A stretch of 62,457 bases of DNA, filler included, from Kipferlia bialata (taxonomy: Eukaryota): the NCBI GenBank assembly GCA_003568945.1. It is 3 parts of 3 records of this genome, joined end to end, with 100 filler letters (N's around TTAATTAATTAA, not from the genome) between each part and the next. Parts side by side here need not be neighbours in the genome. Positions count along the whole stretch, not along the records: positions 1 to 29,700 come from BDIP01000131.1; 2 more parts are not named here. One strand, 5' to 3'. The notes under the pieces are model-generated. The model worked only from the letters and a program-made list of their open reading frames with translations, did no database searches and had not been told where the DNA came from. The position numbers were made by a program, and so were the translations under genes. Of this stretch, positions 1-10,900 are shown piece after piece. The stretch's first letter is position 1. Each line of letters begins with the position of its first letter.

Positions 1-309
1 ATTTTGTCTGTTGTTGTGCAAAAGAAGAGGACGTAGAAGGCGCGGGAGACAGTGCACTAAAAATAGAGTAGAGAAAGAGACCTCTGTTGTCATCACTTTA
101 TCATCCGGGTTACCTATTTTTAGATGAGGACTTCATTGGCCTCTGTCTAACACTAATATCAACACTATTTCGTATCCGCTGGGACACACATATCTCTCTC
201 AAATCGCAAAGATTTATTATACAATGCTTCGAATCTACTGTTTTCTCATTTGAGTACTTGTGGAACCGATATTGAGACATCGAGAAATGTGCGGCCTAAG
301 CTCTCCCCA

Positions 310-3300
310 CTACCACCAGTTGTCCCCTCCTGCATCCCCCCCCTCTGCCCCCCCTTCCATCATGTCCTCCAGCTGGTCTCTGGTGACACCCCCAACAGGG
401 GCACACCCTGGGACCAAGACAGACACAATGTTCCTGGGTGAGACAGAGTATATGATGGATATAACATGAGTGTCTCTGATACTCACCATGTCGTGACCAA
501 GAGAGCAGGCCCTGTGGCCACGTCTCCATGCCAGCACAGATGGGACTCGGGGTGGGCAGCACCCTTCAGCGTAGTCACCTGGGGTCACATATTGTGCAAT
601 ATGTATACACTATAGACACCACGCACCCTGCCGTGCCGTGATGTGATCACTATGTCCCTGTCTAGCACTGCAGCAATGAGGCCTGTCCTCCTGTCCGTGG
701 CCACAGACCCCACCTGCACAGACTGACGCACTGCTGTTAGATATGGTGCATTATATATATATTGATGGGGTTCATATGGTTTGCACAGACTGACGCACTG
801 CTGTTAGATACTGTGCTATTAATATCAATCAATATCATGATGGGGTCCACATGATTTGCAGAGACTGACGCATTGGTATTAGAAAGGGCTACTAGTATAT
901 AATAATAGTAATGGTGCTACGATGTGCAATGGCTGGCAGAGACTCACTCACGGACATCGGGAATAATCAAAGCACATACACCATGAGTACCATACCTGCT
1001 TGGTCTCTTCGCACTCCCTCCCTCGGCCTCACTAGTACCCCCTTCACATCATATGGGCCAAGGCTATTGCCGAAGCAGAATGCATTCTGGGGTGGGACAC
1101 ATATTTCAATGGTGTAGAGAGACAGCTGTGAAGAACACCTCATTACATTCAGAACTGTTGACACCCACCTCAGTTTGATACTTTGAATAGCCAGTAACCG
1201 GTCCCCAGCGGTCCCATGTTAGGCAACAGCCGGGGTCTAACCAGGACACCCCTCCAATACTGGGGGTGAGAGGACACATCATTGAAACGCAGGTGTGGAA
1301 TAGTTGGTTCCACCTTGCACCCTGGTTACCGGTCCTTCTCTCTCTCTCTCTCTCCCTTGCCGCTGTGGCAAACTCATCCTCCTGAAGTGAGGATGATGAT
1401 ATAAACACATGTGGCTATGGGTAATGTTCTATGTTCTACCACGGTTGAGGGGTGACCTACCTCGAGAATTGACATGACCAGGCCCCTCACATGGGCTGCA
1501 TCCAGGACAGAGTCGATATCCTGGCATTGGGGACAGAGGGAGAGGGGCAGATACTAGTGATGGTAGAGCGATGTTCTCATTGCATCTATGAAGCATACAT
1601 ATACATATATGTCGTATATACATATATATGCTCTGCCTCCGTAGCTGCCTCTGTGTGATATATATATATATATATGAATAGAGCGTGTGTATGTGTATTG
1701 ATGTTGGATGATATCTGAAACACAAGTGGTCACCTCCGTGGCTGCCTCGGCGTTATAGGCCCTGGTGGTGTTGGGCTTGCATGGGATGAACTGGTCATTC
1801 CTGGGGTGGGATATGTATATATATAAATGTTACTATATGTATATGAATCTGTGTGTATATCTGTGTGTGTGTGTGTGTGTGTATCTGTATGTGTTGCACG
1901 GGATGAACTGGTCATTCCTAGGGTGGGATATATATATGTTACTATATGTTTATGAATCTGTGTGTATATCTGTGTGTGTGTGTGTATGTGTATCTGTATG
2001 TGTTGCATAGGATGAACTGGTCATTCCTAGGGTGGGATATATATATGCTTCTATATATATATGAATCTGTGTGTATATCTGTGTGTGTGTGTGTGTGTAT
2101 GGGTTGCACGGGATGAACTGGTCATTCCTAGGGTGGGATATATATACATATGCCCCGTCCTCATCAGTGTCAATACCAGTATACAATACATGCAACTATA
2201 TATATGCGTGTGTATGTCTCTGTATGATTATACCTCAGGTCCAGCACCGAGCATGTACCGTCCTCATCCTCATGGCCCTTGACAGACACATCCATCTATA
2301 TATATATATATATATACATGTATAGTATATATATAACACACCTCAGGTCTAACACCGAGCATGCCCCATCCTCATCAGGATAAGTACCAGTATCTAATAC
2401 ACCAACGTATATGTATATATATATCAATGTATACATATGTATATATATAACACACCTCAGGTCCAGCACCGAGCATGCCCCGTCCTCATCCTCATGGCCC
2501 TTGACAGACACAAGGCGGTCATCGCCTGAGGAATAAAGGGCATCAGAAACCAAATGTGAATAATCATGTGCCAATTACAACAGAGAGGGGATTACAGGGG
2601 GTATTTGAAAGGAGATAGGGGATTGGGAAGGGAGACACATGTTATGGGATATAACACTTCAACTGACATAGATACCTGGGTTGAATGCGATGCCACACAC
2701 TGCACTCTTGTACGGGATCCGCTTGACGATGGTCTGAGGTTAGAAGGGGATATATATATATATACTACATATATTATTATCACTAAGAATACTATACTAT
2801 GTCCATGGTGACATTCCTGCCTCAAATGACAGCATATACAACCATACCAGTATATGGTTATTAACAGACACACCCACCGTCTTTGCGATGTCCATGATGA
2901 TGACTGCCCCTCGTTGGTCAGACTGGCGTTAGAGGGGAAGGCATACAAATAATACAAATAGGAAGGCAGTATACAAAGGCACTGAACTACCTCCACCATC
3001 TATACACACCTGCTGCGTGTGTGCCCCCACCGCTGCCAGTGCCATACATATGACTATCGGTAATATCCATATACATGAACAGTATATATATATACACATA
3101 TATAATGCTACCTGCTGCATGTGCACCCCGACAGCTGCCAGGGGTCCCATGGATGTGGGTGTGGAGAAGGAGAGGCACTTGGCCAGTTGTCTCCTGGGGG
3201 TGAGGGTTCATACGCACACATACATACCATACACTTACATATATCTCCACATGTGCTTCCACTCAGATGAAAGGTAATACCTGAGCCGCGACCTCGACTG

Positions 3301-4029
3301 CATCAGGTTCGTGTTGATTACCCTCCTAGACCTGTGGTGAGAGTGGGTGTGTAACTCTGGAGGGGGGTGCATCTGTCACACACCCATGCCCAATATAGTA
3401 TGTATACAATATATATATACACAAATGTATACTCACCTCATGAAGCTCATGCGCAGTGTGTCTGTGTCTAGGATACCTGGCATGAGTAACGAGAAGAGGT
3501 ACGTGTATAGCGTTGCGTAGTATACCAGTATCCCCCAACCTATCATTGAGCTATCCACCGGATACCACTGACAGTCCTTGCATACATAGGGANNNNNNNN
3601 NNNNNNNNNNNNNNNNNNNNNNNNNNNNNNNNNNNNNNNNNNNNNNNNNNTTCCAATACTGAGGTATGGTATTGAAGTATAGGTATACCCACCTATCATT
3701 GAGCTGTCCACCGGGTACCACTGACAGTCCACTGTGGAGAGAGAGGGGCTGGGGATGGAGAGGGCTGGGGTCAGAGACTGATATGGGGAAGAGAGACAAG
3801 GGTACACAGAGAGAGAGAGAGAGAAAGACAGAGGCTGGGGATGGAGAGGGCTGGGGTCAGAGAGGGATGGGAGGCAGGGAGAGAAAGAGGGACTAAGGAG
3901 GGCTAGGATATATACGGAGAAAGATAGAGAGAGAAGGAGAGAGAGGAACGCTCCTGGGTCTATGCTCTTGTCCTGGGCCGCCACTTCCTGGCCCCACAGG
4001 TTCTCTCGGCTACCTGAGGAGAAGGAGAC

Positions 4030-4063
<34 letters not shown>

Positions 4064-5226
4064 AGAGACATACCTGAGGCATATAGGGCATCGCGCATGT
4101 GGGTGGTGTCGAAGATGTGGATGCCCTGGGTGGGAAGGGGTATGTTTGCACTGGCAGAGAGAGTGGGGGGGAGAGAGACATGATGCCCAGGGAGGGAAGT
4201 GGGTAAGCATATATAGAGAAAGGGATGGAGAAGTCATCGATGCCATGGAGTGATAGGGGGAGAGGGAGATATGACAGGGGGCGTGCATCTACATATATGG
4301 ACGTATATACAGACACAGAGAAATTCTTATAGAAGGAGGGAGAGAGATGGGTGTACCTGTGCCACTGTGGCCACCTATACATACAGTACACACACATGTA
4401 ACATATAGAGAAGATGTGTGTGAGAGAGGGAGAGAGAGGTACCTGTGCCACTGTGGCCACCTATACATTTAGAGTACTTGTATGGTATATATAGAGAAGA
4501 AGAGAGAGAGAAAGAGAGAGCGAGAGAGGTACCTGTGCCACTGTGATCACCTATACATTCAGAGTACTTGTATGATATATAGAGTTGTATAGAGAAGCAG
4601 AGAAAGAGAGAGAGAGAGAGAGAGAGAGGTACCTGTGCCACCGTGGCCACCATCAGCAGTCTGTGCCTGGTCTGCTCAACACTGGTGGACACTATACCTG
4701 CATGTCAGAAGCATTGAGACAGATACTCCATTAATGTGTAAGTGGGGAGAGGGGGGGGGGGGGTTAACACTCTAATATAAACTCTGAAACTCACGTGGGT
4801 ATTCCGCTGCCACCCGGAACACACACTTTGCGGCCTGCATGCCCTGTGAGTACTGGGCATAGCCTAGAGGTGAGTCATGTAAATATATATAATATTGTAT
4901 ATTCGGTCTGTGTGTCCTGTGAGTACTGGGCATGGCCTGGAGGTAAAGGAAGAGGCATCTATACATTGGTGCACACAGTGAAATGAGAGCACATCTATCT
5001 AGGTCACTACTCATGACCACGCACCCATGCCCCCTCTGACAGATGCCACCGATGGTGCATAGGGGTAGGGGGTCAGTTCCTGCAGGGCAAGGTGTCTGGG
5101 GGGGTGAGGGTAGATAGACACTATGTGTGGTGGATCTCCTGCACATGCATGAATTTCATATGGACACACTATGAGTGCTGGCCACCTAGACAGTTACTCC
5201 TACCTGCTATCTAGAGTACCATACAT
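310..5226 (-). CDS. Multi-exon WD40/beta-propeller protein, divergent ERCC8 (CSA/Rad28)-like
   Basis: Hand-spliced exons, phase-consistent where checked: MYGTLDSR|HLALQELTPYP...|YAQYSQG...YPR|IVSTSVEQTRHRLLMVATVAQ|GIHIFDT..|..DCQWYPVDSSMI|ILDTDTL..|..AVIIMDIAKT|..VCGIAFNP|DDRLVSV..SVLDLR|...GGDNWW* (stop at 310). The IxxxxVExxxRLL..GIxIFD and QWYPxDxxM segments resemble ERCC8. The N-gap at 3593-3650 interrupts the model. Confidence 0.5.
715..882 (-). repeat. Acceptor-junction echo, 3 copies
   Basis: Plus-strand tgcacagactgacgcactgctgttagata at 715 and 782, with a degenerate copy at 857. Confidence 0.85.
1777..2512 (-). repeat. Acceptor echo x4 plus donor echo x3-4 filling one intron
   Basis: ttgca.gggatgaactggtcattcct.gggtgggata at 1777, 1894, 2003 and 2104; acctcaggtccagcaccgagcatg..ccgtcctcatc at 2232, 2340 and 2454, with a partial copy at 2150. 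Confidence 0.9.
4353..4651 (-). repeat. Donor-junction echo, 4 copies
   Basis: gtacctgtgccactgtggccacc (0-2 mismatches) at 4353, 4439, 4529 and 4629. Confidence 0.9.
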
Positions 5227-5386
5227 AGCATGGACACCCCTTCTAAGTGTGGAAGGGAGCAGGAGGCCCACAAGTACACATAGCCTGTAATGAACCCTTT
5301 TATGATTGTCGAGTAACAAATAGGTCGCGTCAAGTCAACCTTCCCTCTCTCGGCTAACACACGTCTCTTCACCTACTACTTCTTCA

Positions 5387-7919
5387 ATGAACATCGTCGA
5401 GAAGATCAACCAGATCGTGGACAGACAGACCCGTGTCCGTCAGACACCCAGTCCAACCCCCTACACCAATAGGCTATGCGGGTTTGGATTTCCATATGAG
5501 GTATAAACATCGTGTATTTGGAGTATATCCAATCTCTTCCAGATACAGTCTCCTCATTGTCCACTGTTATTGTATGTCACATCTGTATACACCCACCTCA
5601 GGTAGAGACCTACAGACGTGGGGTCCACTCATATGAGAGCCTTGAGTCCTTTGAGCGTATTAGTGCTCCTCACCCCGTGGACCTCGGATACCCAGTGGGG
5701 AGTGAGATAATACGGCACCTGCCTACGTAGCAATACTGAATATCCACTCCCATATTGCTCTCTCTCTACTAGAGAGTCTCTAGTCAGTGCACTAAGAGCA
5801 TCATTCTATATTTAGAACCAGTCACCACGCCGATGAAACTGACACACTCTACGCTATATGAATAGTATACTTATACCAGGACTTTGATGACGAGGACCTC
5901 GGCAAGTACTGGTACGCTGTTGCCCTGGACCTGTTTGGGGTGCATAAGACAGGCACAGTAACAGAGGCAGTAAGGGGCAGTGCTACTTTCAGAGACAGTG
6001 ACGGGGAGAAGGAGAGAGTCGAGTAAGCGTTAGAGTGTATCGGCTTAGGAGTGGATGATGGATACTCTCCTTGCACTCTGTTGGCGGATGGTGGAGGGGG
6101 GAGACTTAGCCCAGCAGAGCCTCTGTCGCATATGGCAGCGTTGGCCCAATGTCCATATAGAATATAGATGTACTTTCAGTATGAGGTTCAGTGTCGAACG
6201 TCTGTCGAAGCTACAACAGAGACAGTACTCTGTTGCTGTATTATCTCTTAGTGCACTAAGCATTACACGCGTTCACTCTGTGCCTCTGATGTTGCGGCCA
6301 ATGGAATATACTTCACTTTCTGTCCTTTGTCAGTAGCCATCAACTGACTGCGTCCCACCACAGTACCACACAGAGAGAGACGATTTACACAGAGAGAGTG
6401 TGACTCATATAGGACCCTTAAGTCAAACACAATATCCGACTTTCCGAGAGTCGGACAATCGGACGCTGGCAAGACCTTGACGCCTTTGAAAACACACAAA
6501 GCCTTGTGTGGCACTATGTTCCACCGTGGAGATGTTTCGGGACCCCATGGTCCCCTTTTCAAGGAAGACACGCCATGCTGCAGGTGAAGACCCACTTTGG
6601 AAGGTATAGTGGCTATTCTTCAGTACTGTTGTCTTTTCATCGTTCTTCTACCCCAGACGCCAGCTCTTGGGCAGCCTTCCTTCACTGCTTATGGTACTCC
6701 AGGCTGTGTAGGTTATTGTCTCATCCTCTCTTACAATCTATACGTCAGTATATAGGTTACTCCTGTCCCTCGTTACCCCCCTTTAGTTTGCTCACCACCA
6801 GCACTCCAGTGGAGACACCGCTCCACACACAGACCTCGGAGGATATCTCTGCCGCTAGTGTACTGGCAGATGCCAGTATTCAGCAGAAGCTCCGCCGTCG
6901 AGAGGACCGTGCTGTTAGTATGCGCTGCCCTACTGGTCTCACTCAGATGCATCTGGTCAACATACTCCCCCTGGGAGAGATCGCCACTCTTGTTCAGTCG
7001 ACAGTGTCGAGGGGCCGGCCTGCTCATCCCTGTGCTGACCTGAAGGACAAGGTGTCAGGGAGTACTCGTAGGGCGTGTGTCAAGGAGAGTGAGGAAGAGG
7101 TATTTGCTAGGAGAAAGAGAGACTACTACAAGAGGATGCGCAAGTACTTTCGAAATAGAGCAGAGTCCTATTACGTCATTTGTAGTTGGAATTTTATGAC
7201 TGGGTGACGTATACATCATATCAAGAGTTACAATGCAATACTGTCTCTCTACTGTACATAGTAGACAGGTGGACCTATCTGTCCCCCCTTGCTGGCCTCT
7301 TTGTCTGTCCCTAGGAGTCTCTCTTGCCTTGATACATTGCGTCCCTGTATCTCTCGTGCCCATCCGCACTGCACAGCTCTTGTTGGCCCACCCCCTGAGT
7401 ATCCGGGTGCCAGAAAACGTGCCTAGGGAGCACTGCCGACTGGATGGCAGGGATCTAGGGGGAGAGAGAGAGAGAGATGTTGTATACTCACCCCTCCTCT
7501 GATGTACCAGTCCCACATCATGTGGGACATGTACAACTCTTTCAGAGGCCTGGCAACACTCGATCCCACACCAATTTGCTACTGGGGTCACTCCTGACTG
7601 GAGTCCAGTGGGGTGCCATACTCTCACTCTCTCACTGACACTGAGTCCTGTCTCTCTCTCTTTCGCGGTTTGCGGACGTACTTCACTGGACGGAGGGATA
7701 GGTGGTGTTTTCTGCATACGTATTGGTGTAGAGGGAAAGAGAGTGAGAGGCATTAGCACTGGAACTTCCCACCGGGGAGATGGGAGGGAGAGGCTGATAC
7801 TATTACTGTCTACTGTGAGTCTTCCACACGTCTCCTCCTCCTCAGGGCCACGTATGTCAGCAGGGCCTCTGGTACCTCCTCCCACCTGGCCAGTTCTGCA
7901 TGGGTCAGCTGGCAATTGA
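5387..7919 (+). CDS. Multi-exon hypothetical protein
   Basis: ATG at 5387 (MNIVEKINQIVDRQ). Coding-like segments are bounded by GT/AG, e.g. DFDDEDLGKYWYAVALDLFG (~5880-6020), EWMMDTLLALCWRMVE, and parts of ORFs 6506-7207, 7233-7502 and 7608-7919. Exact exon structure and end are uncertain; no family recognised. Confidence 0.45.
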
Positions 7920-10900
7920 AGAACTGGAGAGCACCCAACGCCTCCTTTAGTCTAGGGTGGCCATCACCCTCTGCCGATGGTACATAGACCAGGTCATTGG
8001 AACAGCCAGCCGAGGCAAGGCAGGGTCTGAGCCAGGTTAGCGACTCGGCCTCTGCCAGGGAGACAGCCAGTGGTGTGCGAGTGGTATCGCTCCACACTAT
8101 GAGACAGAGGGCAGTCTTGACCCTGGTACGTACATCCTCCTGCGGCACCATATTGGGCGATAAGGACACAGGGTAGGGACCCCCTGGGAGGGGTAGGGCA
8201 GACCCTGTGTCACGGTCAGTCACACTCCATGTTAAGGGTACCCTAGGACGGCCTGCCCATGCTCTAGGCTGGTAGGTGGCAGGGGCCTCCTGCATGACCA
8301 CCTCAACCTGGAGTCAGGGACACATATTTAGTGAATGTTTACATATATGTGAATAGTGTATTCACGAAAATAATTACATACTGGTCTCCTACACATATAT
8401 AGCCCTGCGGCAATACATGGGAGACACCCACCTCCACCTCTGCCTCTCTCTCGTTGGCCACCTCCAGGTCCAGCTCACCCCCTGCCGATGCCGCAGGGTA
8501 GATGTCTAACTCTGAGGGGGGGTCAGCTAGGACGGCACTTAGGCACCGCTGCCACCACTTGGGCTTACCCTTGCCCTCCCTGGTACCAGTCTGAGAGACT
8601 GATAGAGACGCAGAGGCAGAGGTCTTACGGTGCAGCTGGCTGTTGCGAAGCGCCTCTGCCGAGTCTGCCTCTTGCTGAAGTCTCTTCAGCTCCGACGCTC
8701 CCTTAGGCGATACAAACCTAGGTGAGACTGAGAAACATAGGCAACAGGGAATATAGCAGGAGAAAATAGATTGCAAAGTGGTGTTAAGACTACAATTACT
8801 ATGAAGATACCTCTTGTCTGTCTCCCTCTGCCCCACCGCCTCTGACTCCTTACAGACATAGAGGTCACAGGCAGCAGCCACCATATCCTGCCTCTTGAAC
8901 ATGGGGGCAACTGGGTTGAGCAGCTGTGACAAGCCAAACTCCCTTGTCACCGTGCCTCTCTGGGTAGTGCGCAGCCTCTCTCTGGACGCCACCTCCCCTG
9001 CTATGCCCTGTGCGACCAGCCAGGCAACGACATCACCCCCTACGCGCTGCACCAGTCTGGAGACCTGGGGTGAGAATATAGGGTAAACAAATGACATATA
9101 TATGACCTGACATTAGAATAGAGGTCTGTGCCACACATCTGTGGGCACCTCCCAATGACAGGTAGTCACATGTACTGTATATATGAGTCTGAGAGCCACA
9201 ATATCAGCACCCACCTCAGGTGTCACTAGAGTCCTCACACGCTGATGGGCACCAATCTTCCGCAGTCTCCAACAGCCCTGAAGGTAAGGGAGCTAATCAG
9301 CTATTGAAGACAAGAAGACATATAGTAGACGGTGCATACTGGAAGCACAGATTCACTGTAACAGTGATATAGCGTCCATCTCGAACGCACCTGACTGAAG
9401 TCTCTCATTGTGGTCTCCTTGCCAAGTGTGACAAAGGCAACGCCGGAGTCAGGCTGGCGGATGTCGGTGCCGGTGGTATGGACCTAGGGTCAGATGGATG
9501 GGGTAAGCAAATGCATAGAGTTGTAGATACTGTTAGACACGTGAAAGGCAACATGAATCATTTCTACCTGATCGTAGAATGTGAACCTCTCATGTGGCGC
9601 CAGGGTGCATTCTAAGAGGGACACAGGTGTGTTTGTGTCATCTCCAGCTAACAGCACCATCTCCTTGTCCCTGGCATCAAAGTAGACTACACCCCTAATC
9701 CCTCTGTCTCTGTTGGGGTTAGACAGCACCGCATGTGCCACGTCTAGGTTAGACATCCCGGATATCAGTGCCCCACAGTCTATCAGAGCACAGGCGCTGG
9801 GTCTGAGGGACAGAGCAGTGTCGAGGATGGACCCCACCCCCCACCCCCTCTGCATGTGGTGCACAGTCATCACAGCAGGGTCTGAGAGAGTGGCCAGGAT
9901 CTTGCCCTCAGACATGGGGTCATAGACACACGGGGCCAGGGAGGTAGGCAGGAGAGAAGAGGGAGTGCCGGAGAACCCTATGCGCCTCCCAAAGAGGCTG
10001 TCTCCAGCTAGGTCCTCGCCAGAGGCTGATACCTTCAGGTGCCTGCTCTTGAGAGCCCTTGGGAACACACATGTGGTAGTGTACCACATGATAGCGGGTA
10101 TGTGTCTTGATAGTAGAGCAGAGAGGTCACTCATCTGGTCCACTCTAGATGCATCTAGTAGGGTGAGGGGGAGACCAGACTCCCCTACCCACTTCGTGTA
10201 GAGTATGTTGGTGGGTCTCTCGTGGATAGGCCCTGGTTCTAAGTGCAGCATGCGCTGAAGGGTGGATACCAGGGTTACTAGGTCTGGTATACGCAGACCC
10301 TGGTGGAGATAGGCCAGAGAGGTGAAGGCAATGGCCACGTCCCTGTGCCCATACTCACTGGCCAGACTGGGTGTGTCCTTGCCTCGGAAGGGGACTGCCA
10401 GCAACCGCCGTCTCCAGCCTGACCCCCCGTACACACTGTCCTCCGGTACCATCAGGCCATAGTCCACACGGGCTATCTTGCCCAGGGCATGGGGCACCAC
10501 CACCAGCAACGCATTGCGTGCCAGCTCTATAGCAGTCACACCCCTAGGGGGCAGCTTGGAGAGGGTGGCGAGAGAGGCAGGGGACTCGCCGGAGGAGGTG
10601 AGCAGAGAGACATACTCCATGTCTGTGACAGTATCTGCCAGGTGGGGTGGGGAGCACGCATACACAGACACCTCGGATACGGCAAACCACCTAGCGACCC
10701 CGCTCATTCTGATGGTCACGGAGTCTCCGGTAGGCTTTGAGTCAAACCAGAGGAGCTGCTTGGTGAACTCCACAGACCGTGCCACGACGTCTCCCCCCAC
10801 CACAACCTCTATGGAGTCAGGCAGCATGCTCTGGCCAGATGCACCGAAGAAGGAGGAGAGGGGGCGGAAGGTGACCTCGACACCTCTGAGTATGGTCTCA

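Noticed and set aside
1730..2574. ORFs with repeated peptides (GMTSSS, DEDGACSVLDLR)
   Set aside because: They are translations of intronic echo copies and (CA)/(TA) microsatellites, not a repeat protein.
7055..7915. 286-aa minus-strand ORF
   Set aside because: No recognisable motif, it overlaps the end of one gene out of frame, and it lies antisense to another that has proper splice signals.
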